Shown here piece by piece: positions 29,807-38,126 of a DNA stretch of 64,000 nucleotides. Below the pieces are notes generated by a model. That model saw nothing but the letters and a program-made list of their open reading frames with translations. It did no database searches and was not told where the DNA came from. The stretch lies in sequence record LC819008.1. The stretch is one strand, 5' to 3'. The translations under genes were made by a program, and so were the position numbers. The stretch's first letter is position 1. Each line of letters opens with the position of its first letter.

Positions 29807-31097
29807 ACGTGACTTTTTCATGCTCTGCATGAAAGAACACAAGTATCGGGATAAGCGTTGGGTGCTACGTGCTTTCGCTTTGGTGCGGGAGAACAAGACA
29901 CCCGAGACGTCTAAACCTCTCGACATCATTCAAACGCCTGCCGGACACTTCTACAAGCATCCGGAAACCGGCGAACTCGAACAGATTCGTGGTGCAGTCA
30001 AACCTGGCAAGCCGATGTATGGCGTCAAGGAAAAACTCACCGTGAAGAAAGGCGAGTTGCCGGGTATTCTCAAAGATGAGGAAACTGACTACGGTCGTAT
30101 CCTCTACTTCTGCATCGTCTTCCTCCATTCGTTTGACGGGCATGTGCCCTTTAAAAACCAGCAAATGGACATGGGGAAATTCGAAGATGAACTCGCAGCG
30201 AAACTCCAGGACGATGTTGAACCTGGACAAGAGGAGAACCCGGCTCTATTCTATCCTCGTCAGCTCGTACGTTATTACGAAGCCATGGCGTACACCCGCG
30301 GCCTGGCAATGCTGTGCGTACCCGCTGCTTCTCCGGCCTCAATGACCATCGACCCGAAGGTCTTGAAGCGTCGTGACGAACTCTTCAACGATCCGAACAT
30401 TGACCTGAACAATCAGGCAGTGGCGGCTTCGGTGGAAAAGGAACTGGTGGACATGGACCGCGATTCGTTCAAGGACGATTCGGCCTCCGGCTTCCTTATC
30501 AACAAAAAAGACTTCGCGGTTATCCGCAAGAAGCGTTTCATTTCATTCGGCTCGGGGGCTGGCCTCACGCCTGACTCCAAGACTGCGTACGTTAAACGTA
30601 GCTTGAACGAAGGTGTGGATGTAAAACAGTTCAAGGACTACAACGATGAAATGCGTACTGGCTCGTATAAACGCGGCGTTGAAACGATGTTCGGTGGCGA
30701 ACTGGACAAGTGGCTCGTTCGTGAGTCTTCGAACATCAGGGTTCTTCCGGATGACTGCGGTAGCACTGTCGGTATTCCGACCCTCATCAACGAACTCAAC
30801 CAAAACCAGTGGATCGGCTTTAACATCGTCGAAGGACGAGGCGTCAATAAGCTGAGTTCCGACAACATCGGCACTTATATGGGCAAGGTCGTTCTGCGAC
30901 GGTCTCCGGCTGCATGCTGGGCACCTAAGCCTGACTATTGCACGGTGTGCCTGGGCGAAAAGCTCTCGATGAACCCGGACGCAATTTCCATCGCGTTCTC
31001 GCAATACGGCCACGACTTCATGGGCGAATCCATGTCCGCAATGCACGGCAAATCCTTGTCGATTGCTCGGATGGATCTCGTGGCAGAAGCTTCTTAA
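29799..31097 (+). CDS. Virion RNA polymerase beta' subunit fragment (phiKZ gp80-like)
   Basis: Bridge-helix-like YKRGVETMFGGELDKWLVRESSN followed by DDCGS; LRRSPAACW and CTVCLG Zn ligands. Confidence 0.85.
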   Translation: MDKRDFFMLCMKEHKYRDKRWVLRAFALVRENKTPETSKPLDIIQTPAGHFYKHPETGELEQIRGAVKPGKPMYGVKEKLTVKKGELPGILKDEETDYGRILYFCIVFLHSFDGHVPFKNQQMDMGKFEDELAAKLQDDVEPGQEENPALFYPRQLVRYYEAMAYTRGLAMLCVPAASPASMTIDPKVLKRRDELFNDPNIDLNNQAVAASVEKELVDMDRDSFKDDSASGFLINKKDFAVIRKKRFISFGSGAGLTPDSKTAYVKRSLNEGVDVKQFKDYNDEMRTGSYKRGVETMFGGELDKWLVRESSNIRVLPDDCGSTVGIPTLINELNQNQWIGFNIVEGRGVNKLSSDNIGTYMGKVVLRRSPAACWAPKPDYCTVCLGEKLSMNPDAISIAFSQYGHDFMGESMSAMHGKSLSIARMDLVAEAS

Positions 31098-31123
31098 CAC
31101 TTTTCTTTCTGGAGAACATTCTC

Positions 31124-31981
31124 ATGGCAACGGAACAACAAGGCGGTACGCAAGACAACACTGGCGTCGATCAGGAAGCTTTGAAGGCAGCAGCTGCCGA
31201 TCAAGCCGCTCAACAACAAGAGCAGCAAGACGCCGCAGCTGATGCAGCAAAGGTCACGCCTCCGGCAGACGACGCTGCCGCCGACGCTCAGGCTGCCGCC
31301 GATGCTCAAGCCGCTGCAGATGCAGCTGCCGCCGCCAAGGCTCATCCCGTGACCGCACAAGTCCGCAAGACGATCCCCGCTCCGGCTGCTCAGCAAACGG
31401 GCGCGAAGGATGCTTCGACGACCACGGCAACGACGCCTGCCGCCGCTGTCGTCACCAAGCAAGTCGCCGCTGCAACGGTCACCGATACGACCGCCAAGGC
31501 TCCGGCCAGCGATCGTGATCTGCCCGAAGTCGTCGCTGCGATGAAGGTCGCGAAAGCGCAGACGCAATCGGCTCTGTACCAAGTCATCCAGTACGCAATC
31601 GACATGCATCCGGGCAAGCGCGTGGAACTGCCGGCGATCGAACAGGCTCAGATCAACCTGCGCTCGAACCTGTTCACGATCCTGTCGGCTGAAGACGTGA
31701 ACTTCAAGGTCGTGTACCAGGCACTGCTCGCAATCGTCAAGGCACATCGCCAGAACTGCTTCGCGATCACGGCACGCAACCGCGGCCTGAACACGGTCAG
31801 CCTGGCAGCGCTCGACAACAAGGGCATGCGTTTCCTGACGAAGATCGTCGATCTGCTGGTGCTGACTGCCGGCATGAACGACGTCGAAAACGTCAAGAAG
31901 CAGTTCGACTTCTCGAAGCTGGCTGAATGGTGCCCGAATGTGCGCATTCAGCAAAACCTGACGTCGTACTACTCGGCGTAA
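31124..31981 (+). CDS. Protein with Ala/Asp/Gln/Thr-rich N-terminus and helical C-terminal domain
   Basis: Start MATEQQ at 31124 after GGAG RBS; tandem AADAQA repeats. Confidence 0.7.
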   Translation: MATEQQGGTQDNTGVDQEALKAAAADQAAQQQEQQDAAADAAKVTPPADDAAADAQAAADAQAAADAAAAAKAHPVTAQVRKTIPAPAAQQTGAKDASTTTATTPAAAVVTKQVAAATVTDTTAKAPASDRDLPEVVAAMKVAKAQTQSALYQVIQYAIDMHPGKRVELPAIEQAQINLRSNLFTILSAEDVNFKVVYQALLAIVKAHRQNCFAITARNRGLNTVSLAALDNKGMRFLTKIVDLLVLTAGMNDVENVKKQFDFSKLAEWCPNVRIQQNLTSYYSA

Positions 31982-32004
31982 TTCGCAGCAATGCGGACAT
32001 AGCT

Positions 32005-32033
32005 CCTACTCCTACCCGCAAGGGTAGGAGTAG
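32005..32033. terminator. Bidirectional hairpin terminator identical to 22198-22226
   Basis: 29-nt exact duplicate between convergent genes. Confidence 0.8.
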
Positions 32034-32046
32034 GGCTTTATGCCGT

Positions 32047-32907
32047 TTAGGCGTAATTCATCTTGCGCGCTTTACGATTCTGCTTCTTGATACGAGCAGA
32101 ACGTTGACGACGATTCTTCTGATGCTCCTGGTTATCCAGGCGTGCTTGTGTTGCGTAGTTCTCACGCTCCACATGCTTCACAGCACCAGCGAAGTATTGG
32201 TCGATGCCGCGCTCGAAGAACTCATGGCGAACACTATCCCAGCTGGTCAGGTCTTCGTCTTCCCGGCACATGTCGAACGGAACAGCGCAGGACATGACGA
32301 CGCTTTGCGAGATGGGACGACCAAAGAATTCCAGGATGGCAATGGCCATACATTCGCAACGATCAGCATAGTGCAGATGCTGTCGATGGCGATACAAAAC
32401 GCCATTCAGATTCTTGATGCGGAAGTGATGTTCCACGAACTGCATCAGATCCATGCCGATGGCCTGCAAGCCTTTGCGACCAGAGTGCTCGATGATTGCC
32501 TGCATACCGTGCATCATGATGACTGCGTAGTAGTTGGGCATGTACTGGCCGATGTAGTGCGGCTTCGTGCAAGCGCCTTCGTAAGCGATCATTTCATCTT
32601 CGATCTGATCGAGTACGCCCTTGGTGAAACGAACCAGAGAGAAGTTGTGGATCTTGCTTTGTTCGACGAACTTCTTCAGGCTGTCCTTGAACGCGTCGTA
32701 CTTCAACTGCTGTGCGCTACGTTCTCGGCTGCTCGCTAGAGCAGCTGCGTGAAGCAAGCGTTTGAGTTCACGCTTGTCTTTACGCGACATTTTCTTTTCT
32801 TTCTTTGATCTCTTCTCGGCGATCACCCACTTGAACGCGATGACAACGATCAAGATAAGCAGACCCACCAACCCCACAGCGACGGCATTCGGATTATACA
32901 TTTTCAA
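32047..32907 (-). CDS. Hypothetical protein with N-terminal transmembrane anchor and basic patches
   Basis: AVAVGLVGLLILIVVIAF followed by a Lys/Arg-rich stretch. Confidence 0.65.
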   Translation of the reverse strand: MKMYNPNAVAVGLVGLLILIVVIAFKWVIAEKRSKKEKKMSRKDKRELKRLLHAAALASSRERSAQQLKYDAFKDSLKKFVEQSKIHNFSLVRFTKGVLDQIEDEMIAYEGACTKPHYIGQYMPNYYAVIMMHGMQAIIEHSGRKGLQAIGMDLMQFVEHHFRIKNLNGVLYRHRQHLHYADRCECMAIAILEFFGRPISQSVVMSCAVPFDMCREDEDLTSWDSVRHEFFERGIDQYFAGAVKHVERENYATQARLDNQEHQKNRRQRSARIKKQNRKARKMNYA

Positions 32908-32924
32908 ACTCTTCTTGGTTTATG

Positions 32925-33329
32925 TCATTCAGGAATGTAGGAAAGAACTACGTACGAAATACCAGGTTCGAGACCGATCTTGTCACCCAGAATCGGAATC
33001 AAGCTAATGCCGGCCAAAGTCGACAGATAAAGCGCAGTCAACCCAGCCTTGTCGTCTTCGAAAGTGCATTCACAGGTGAAAGCGCCATCGTCTTCGACAA
33101 TTTTGCCAGCCGCGATACACTGGCTAAAATCCGTTTTGGAGGGATTCTTCTCCCGGATGTACTGCTGGAGAGCATAGGCTAAACGAGCCTGTCTGGGACC
33201 CTCGTTGAAGGCCGCAAAGTGCTTCCTCCACTCGTCTACGGTGGTCTCGTACTCCGGCGGCAGAAAAATGTCCACGACCTGGGAAGTACGAGACCGGATA
33301 GTCTTTTGAACTAACCGGTCAAGACTCAT
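32925..33329 (-). CDS. Hypothetical protein, 134 aa
   Basis: GAGGAG RBS; coupled to the upstream gene. Confidence 0.65.
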   Translation of the reverse strand: MSLDRLVQKTIRSRTSQVVDIFLPPEYETTVDEWRKHFAAFNEGPRQARLAYALQQYIREKNPSKTDFSQCIAAGKIVEDDGAFTCECTFEDDKAGLTALYLSTLAGISLIPILGDKIGLEPGISYVVLSYIPE

Positions 33330-33330
33330 A

Positions 33331-33606
33331 TTACTCCTCGTTCAGATGCTTAATTACCTTGTCAAAGACGTCCTGCCAGGTAGCGAACGGGCCATCGAGA
33401 AATCCGATTTCCAATTCATCTTCCAGTTCAGACATGATGTCCATGTGATCCAGCGAATCCAGATCCCCGCTCTGGAAAGGCATCGCCAGGAACTCACGGA
33501 ACTCCGTACTGTTCTCGACCGCGGTCTTGCGAACCGTTTTCGTGTCGTACGACGATACTACTTGGACGAGCACTCGACGTGCCTTCTGTGCTTTGGCCTC
33601 AGCCAT
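33331..33606 (-). CDS. Acyl carrier protein-like protein
   Basis: DLDSLDHMDIMSELEDELEI matches the ACP DSL motif and helix II (Ser51); acidic, 91 aa. Confidence 0.65.
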   Translation of the reverse strand: MAEAKAQKARRVLVQVVSSYDTKTVRKTAVENSTEFREFLAMPFQSGDLDSLDHMDIMSELEDELEIGFLDGPFATWQDVFDKVIKHLNEE

Positions 33607-33661
33607 TTTAAAAACCCCTGCTTGTTATTACTGTTACTGGTTTCGGTCGAAAACCAAATAA

Positions 33662-33859
33662 TCAGTCTCGCTTTATATCGTACAAATCCGTCAGTTCCGG
33701 ATGGTAAACACGCAACTGAATCATGTCCCGGTTGTTCGGTACTTCGTTGAACTCGAAGAACATGTTGAATGCTTGACCTTTCTGATCCACTACCTGGCAG
33801 AGGATGTGTCGGTCCTGTGGCAATTTATCCATCAAAGCTTTAATGTCTACCGGGGTCAT
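33662..33859 (-). CDS. Small hypothetical protein, 65 aa (MTPVDIKAL...)
   Basis: GAGG RBS before ATG 33859. Confidence 0.6.
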   Translation of the reverse strand: MTPVDIKALMDKLPQDRHILCQVVDQKGQAFNMFFEFNEVPNNRDMIQLRVYHPELTDLYDIKRD

Positions 33860-33886
33860 AAAAACCTCAAAAAATAAGTCGACAGC

Positions 33887-33925
33887 AAAAAGGGCGGGAC
33901 AGAGTGGCCGAAGCCACTCCATCCC
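33887..33925 (-). terminator. Intrinsic terminator, UUCG loop plus U tract; possible 3' end of the candidate ncRNA
   Basis: Minus strand gggat-ggagtggc-ttcg-gccactct-gtccc then gcccttttt. Confidence 0.7.
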
Positions 33926-34365
33926 ATGCCTAAGATGAAACTGAACTTACATCCCTAGGTCGTCGCATCACCACAAGGAAATGACGAGTGACGACTAAGG
34001 GCTATAAGCTTTGCAGCGTTTCCCAACGGATGCGCTACTTATAACTGGTCCCGAAAAGACCCCTTACAATCGATGCGGGCTTAATACACACGAAGGCCAA
34101 ACGACGTCCCCGCAAGCGCGAACGCGCGCGCCAGCGATTTACGTCAGGCATCACTAAGTCCTTAAAGGGAAACTCATATCGGCGGCACTAAGAGGCGGCC
34201 ATGAGTCGTGATCTTCGCGCAGCTTAGAGCAGTAGTATCGAGACTCTGCCTTCACCACATACGACGTGTGTATTTCGCGGGCCTTTCACCCGAGTCAGGA
34301 TATATCGCGCAATCGCACCATCCCGACCTCTGCCTCGAACAGATCTTCAGAAGCCATGTTGTTAA
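33896..34365 (-). ncRNA. Candidate large structured non-coding RNA (~450 nt), family not recognised
   Basis: No credible ORF; many nested stems found by eye, with G-U wobbles on the minus strand; GAAA/UUCG loops; bounded by hairpins. Confidence 0.5.
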
Positions 34366-34411
34366 AGAACGAGACGACTGACCAGTCCCTCACGAGATTA
34401 GGTCAGTCGCC
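34364..34411 (-). terminator. Hairpin (terminator or processing site) after the low-complexity gene
   Basis: gcgactgacc/ggtcagtcgt stem with inner GUGA loop followed by gttcttt. Confidence 0.55.
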
Positions 34412-34420
34412 AGATCACGC

Positions 34421-35671
34421 TTACGGTTGAAGCGAGTCGGTTTGATCAGCAGCTGCTGCGCCGTCCGCATCAGCCTTCACGTCGGTAGCCGCCGGCGTTT
34501 GGACTTCTGCTTGAACAGCAGCATCTGCGACTTCAGCGGTCGGGGCAACGTCGGCGGGAGCAGCGACTTGTTCAGCCGTTGCGTCCACTGCCGGCGTTTC
34601 CGCGGCCGGAACTTCTGCCTGCGCTTGTGCGGCGTCGGTTTCCACCGGCGCAGCCGTTTGCGCTGCGTCAGCAGCTTGTTCCACCGGAGCAGCGTCGACA
34701 GGTGCGCCAGTCAGTGCTGCAGCCGTTTCCGGATCTGCATTCACTTCGGGCGTTTGTGCCAGAGCTTCGGGCGAGTGATCGACTTCTTGCGAGGTCAGAT
34801 CCGCCGGAGCAGCTGCTTGTTCCACAGCGGGAGCTTCAGCTTGAGCAGCATCGGCTGCCGGTGCTTCCACTTGTGCTGCGGCATCGACGGCCGGAGCCGT
34901 TTCTACCGGTACTGCTTGCTCACCAGTGGCGGGGTCGACTTCCGGGGCAGCTTCTTGAGCCACGCCTTCGTCGGCTACGCCGGCCGGTTGAGCTTGTTCA
35001 GCAGCAGCGTCTTCCGTACCAGCTGCAGCTTGGGCCGGAACTTCGGCTTGTGCATTTGCTGCGGGAGCGTCGACTTGCGGAGCTGCGTCAGCCGGGGCTT
35101 GAGCTTGCGCTTCGCCTGCGGTCGGGTCCACTTCTGCTACTGCGGGTGCTTCCGGAACTGCCGGGGTTTCCGGTTGTGCCGGTGCATCTGCGGGCTGTTC
35201 CACTGCCGGTGCAGCTTGTTCAGCCGTACCTGCATCCGTGCCCGCTGCCGGATCTTGTTCGACGGCCGGAGCATCGCCCGTCGGTTGTGCTTCTGCGGTG
35301 CCAGCGTTGTCGACCGGTGCTGCATCTGCGGGAGCCGCGTCAGCAGGTGCCGGATCTTGAGCTTGATCACCAGCGGCCGGAGCCGCGTCTTGCGATTGGT
35401 CGCCAGCTGCGATCTGGTTGTCCAGAGCAACTGCTGCTGCGCCAGCGGCTGCGGCGGCTGCCGTACCGTTGTCGCCCAGACCGAGAGCTTCGTTCGTGGT
35501 GTCGCCGAGCGGTGCTTCGTCGCTTGCCGGCGGGACGATCGGATGGTCTTCCTTCTTCTTGTGGAAGATGCCGACGATACGTTCGACCACGTGTTCGGGC
35601 AGGGAGGCCAGGGCTTCGATCGCCAGGATTTCGGTCTTCAGTTCATCGAGAACTTTGTGGATGATGCTCAC
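34421..35671 (-). CDS. Acidic Ala/Pro/Gln/Glu/Asp-rich low-complexity protein, 416 aa
   Basis: GTG start after AAGGA; about 40-aa helical N-terminus, then a disordered repetitive tail. Confidence 0.75.
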   Translation of the reverse strand: MSIIHKVLDELKTEILAIEALASLPEHVVERIVGIFHKKKEDHPIVPPASDEAPLGDTTNEALGLGDNGTAAAAAAGAAAVALDNQIAAGDQSQDAAPAAGDQAQDPAPADAAPADAAPVDNAGTAEAQPTGDAPAVEQDPAAGTDAGTAEQAAPAVEQPADAPAQPETPAVPEAPAVAEVDPTAGEAQAQAPADAAPQVDAPAANAQAEVPAQAAAGTEDAAAEQAQPAGVADEGVAQEAAPEVDPATGEQAVPVETAPAVDAAAQVEAPAADAAQAEAPAVEQAAAPADLTSQEVDHSPEALAQTPEVNADPETAAALTGAPVDAAPVEQAADAAQTAAPVETDAAQAQAEVPAAETPAVDATAEQVAAPADVAPTAEVADAAVQAEVQTPAATDVKADADGAAAADQTDSLQP

Positions 35672-35755
35672 GATTTTTCCTTGAAAGGAGTGTTTTAAAA
35701 GTACTGCTTGACCAGCAAAAACGTTGTTACTGGCTCATACAATTTCGGTCGATTT

Positions 35756-36115
35756 TCACGTAGCCGGATAGGCCAAAGTGATAGCGATTCCGATCGCGAA
35801 AAGCAGCTTGCAAGCAATGTGAAGAGCCTGATCACCCATCGCGCTAATGTGTTTATTGACGCGCAGCCAATCTATGGCCCAATGCCAAACCATTTCCACA
35901 ATCGCTACTTTCAGTGCGACTGAGGGAAGGAACAACCAGGCTACGCTACCTGCAGCTGCACCCTGAATCAGGGCATGCATTGTCAGGCCATACCACCACG
36001 GGAAGCCAGGCACCAACTTGTTCTTGATGTCGGACAGGAATTGTCCTTGACCAGGAAAATCGAAGAATGCGTGAACTGCCAGCAGGAGACCGAAGACTGC
36101 AAGGAACGTCGTCAT
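35756..36115 (-). CDS. DUF3307-like small membrane protein
   Basis: HAFFDFPGQ, HALIQ, HWAIDW and DQALH His/Asp pattern with hydrophobic helices. Confidence 0.7.
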   Translation of the reverse strand: MTTFLAVFGLLLAVHAFFDFPGQGQFLSDIKNKLVPGFPWWYGLTMHALIQGAAAGSVAWLFLPSVALKVAIVEMVWHWAIDWLRVNKHISAMGDQALHIACKLLFAIGIAITLAYPAT

Positions 36116-36153
36116 GGTTATTATCCTTATTAGAGTGAAGGCGCAGCCTGAGT

Positions 36154-36498
36154 TTAGTTACCTAATGAATCCAGGATCTTCCGAGCCTCAGACGGTTTCC
36201 AGCAATCCCGTCCGTACACCTGCTTCAGAAGTTCAAAGGACTCGTAGTACTCCGGATCCCACTGATCCTCAAGGCCGAAGCACGAGCAGTGCGATCCGTA
36301 CACATCGAAGAATTGCTTCTTCTCATGGTCGTAACCAAACACCACCGAGGATCCAGAATAATCTTCGTACGTATACCCTGCGTACAGGATTTGGTATTTC
36401 GGATCATCCTCGACGTTGAACTCACGAAAGACATCTTCGCGGCAATCAAATTCGTCGTGGAAAACGGGTTCTTTAGACAACAGGATAGCTTCAGTCAT
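36154..36498 (-). CDS. Hypothetical phage protein with GSHCSCFGLEDQW motif (start 36498 or 36549)
   Basis: YTYEDYSG and GSHCSC motif recalled from other phage proteins. Confidence 0.65.
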   Translation of the reverse strand: MTEAILLSKEPVFHDEFDCREDVFREFNVEDDPKYQILYAGYTYEDYSGSSVVFGYDHEKKQFFDVYGSHCSCFGLEDQWDPEYYESFELLKQVYGRDCWKPSEARKILDSLGN

Positions 36499-36589
36499 GA
36501 TAATTCCAGTATTGAGTTTGAAGGAAAAGCATTTCCCTAAAGCACTCATTTACTGAACTTCTCACTACTTAACTACCCAAGCTGCGCCT

Positions 36590-36835
36590 TCGTAAAGGGG
36601 TGGCCCGAGATCTTTATCGTTGGTTAGAACGCTTTGTTGAGCCGCACACCGTAGGAGGTTGGAGTATGCGCTCGAACTCGATCTCAAAGCCGAAAAAAAA
36701 TAGCAGGAAGGCATCTTCCTGCAAAAGGGGGAGTTACCCCGAACGTACCGACTCCCTTCACCACAAAGGAGTTTGCTGCCGCATGAGCGTGCTGCTAATC
36801 GAGTCGGTCGTTCTGGGCAAATCATAGCTACAGCA
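36590..36835 (-). ncRNA. Candidate structured leader or sRNA(s) with anti-SD-like loop
   Basis: Stems GAGC-GCATA/TGTGC-G-GCTC, ACTCCTTT/AAGGGAGT and ACCGACTC/GAGTCGGT; loop CUCCAACCUCCUAC. Confidence 0.35.
36693..36722 (-). terminator. Intrinsic terminator
   Basis: gcaggaag-atgc-cttcctgc followed by tatttttttt on the minus strand. Confidence 0.75.
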
Positions 36836-36844
36836 TTTATTTTT

Positions 36845-37354
36845 TTATAGTTCGACGAAGTCCACCTTCGGACCATAACGTAATCCACCCGACCATTCGC
36901 TGCTATCACGCAGCTTACCATGAATGGTTGAACGGATAATGCTTTCGCGTTGGGACTTGCTGTAGTAGAGACGCGGAATATACATGTCGCATTCTACAGC
37001 GATATTGTCGACGGATACCAGCACTTTGACAGGCAGCATGTGATCATGACGGCCCATGTTATCCCGATCGTTCAGCGCTTCAGCAATTTTCAAAAAGGTA
37101 TTGCGCTGATTCGTGAGATAGTCATAAGCCGGATCGAACGGACCGCAGTCTTGTGCCAGTTGTTCGCCTTCATTAACGAGTCTGATACACTCGTCGTAGG
37201 AAATGGGGCCGATAGTCTTTAACCACAACGGAAGCATCATCTCGGCACGACGCTTCAGTCTATCACTGCCAGGACCACGATCCTCCATCAGGTCCTTCAA
37301 ATTGGCTTCGCGTTTTTTCGCGATTTGGTTTTCTAGTTCTTGACGGGAAAGCAT
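36845..37354 (-). CDS. Hypothetical protein, 169 aa
   Basis: ORF track; coupled to the upstream gene. Confidence 0.65.
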   Translation of the reverse strand: MLSRQELENQIAKKREANLKDLMEDRGPGSDRLKRRAEMMLPLWLKTIGPISYDECIRLVNEGEQLAQDCGPFDPAYDYLTNQRNTFLKIAEALNDRDNMGRHDHMLPVKVLVSVDNIAVECDMYIPRLYYSKSQRESIIRSTIHGKLRDSSEWSGGLRYGPKVDFVEL

Positions 37355-37356
37355 TT

Positions 37357-38046
37357 TCAGCCCTTGTAGAGTTGGAACAGCTCAACAATCAGTTCCCGCT
37401 CTTCGATATCGCCCATCTCGAAGTCATTGTAAATCGTCGTCGCTTCCATGTAGAGATCATGGATATCGCCGTTGATCAACATACGCTTGCCTTTCATGGT
37501 AAGCGCAGAGACATCCGGGACTTCTTCACCCTGCATCGCCATCAGAAGACGGCCGTTAACAGGATGCTCATAAATCGAAAGCGGTTCCAGGTGAGTCAGT
37601 ACATCGATGCCGACAACAATCTGCATGTCGCTATGGGAAGCACGAGCGCGTTGTACTGCCATGACGCTCATGCCCAACTGCTTGAACAGCGCAAGCTTGT
37701 TGTACTGACGCAGATAATCGAAGACACCTTTCATCAGCACGCTTGATGCGGGGTTATTCGCAACAAACGCCAGTGCTTCAAAACCATCCATCGACGGATG
37801 GACAAACAGATGCTGGAGCGGTACGCCGTAAAAGAACGGCTTCCAGTTGCTCTGGTTATCCTTGACAAACGGATGACCGAACGGACCAACGTGAATGAAT
37901 TCCTGAAGCAAGAAATTGACAAGCTGATTCAGTTCCTCGTTTTCAGGAGCATCGGGTGAACGCATGAACCAGAAGTCGGTGGAACGGAAATTGACTTCCC
38001 CTTCCATGTCGTCGTAGCGTTCTTTGTGTTCAGAACCTAACAGCAT
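37357..38046 (-). CDS. Hypothetical protein, 229 aa
   Basis: GGAGG RBS. Confidence 0.65.
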   Translation of the reverse strand: MLLGSEHKERYDDMEGEVNFRSTDFWFMRSPDAPENEELNQLVNFLLQEFIHVGPFGHPFVKDNQSNWKPFFYGVPLQHLFVHPSMDGFEALAFVANNPASSVLMKGVFDYLRQYNKLALFKQLGMSVMAVQRARASHSDMQIVVGIDVLTHLEPLSIYEHPVNGRLLMAMQGEEVPDVSALTMKGKRMLINGDIHDLYMEATTIYNDFEMGDIEERELIVELFQLYKG

Positions 38047-38126
38047 AGGCCCTCCAATTAAATAGCCAACTGATTAGTGCTGGCATTAGAAAAAAAGATC
38101 CCGTCGTACTGACCGGGATCGAATCT

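Noticed and set aside
33896-34365. tmRNA, RNase P RNA or group I/II intron identity for the structured region
   Set aside because: No tRNA-like ends or LAA-type tag frame; the GGUGAAAGGCCC segment lacks a P4 partner on the same strand; the AAGCUUAUAGCC S-like segment has no GNCUA partner; no domain V; the region does not interrupt a gene
34427-35698. Long plus-strand ORFs (423 and 361 aa) opposite the Ala-rich gene
   Set aside because: Consequence of GCN/CCN-rich low-complexity coding on the minus strand
36666-36827. 53-aa plus-strand ORF with a perfect AGGAGG SD
   Set aside because: Runs antisense through a minus-strand terminator and structured RNA, with no plus-strand promoter evident; kept only as an alternative in the findings
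36565-36921. 118-aa minus-strand ORF
   Set aside because: Overlaps the 36845 gene, reads through a strong terminator, and has no RBS
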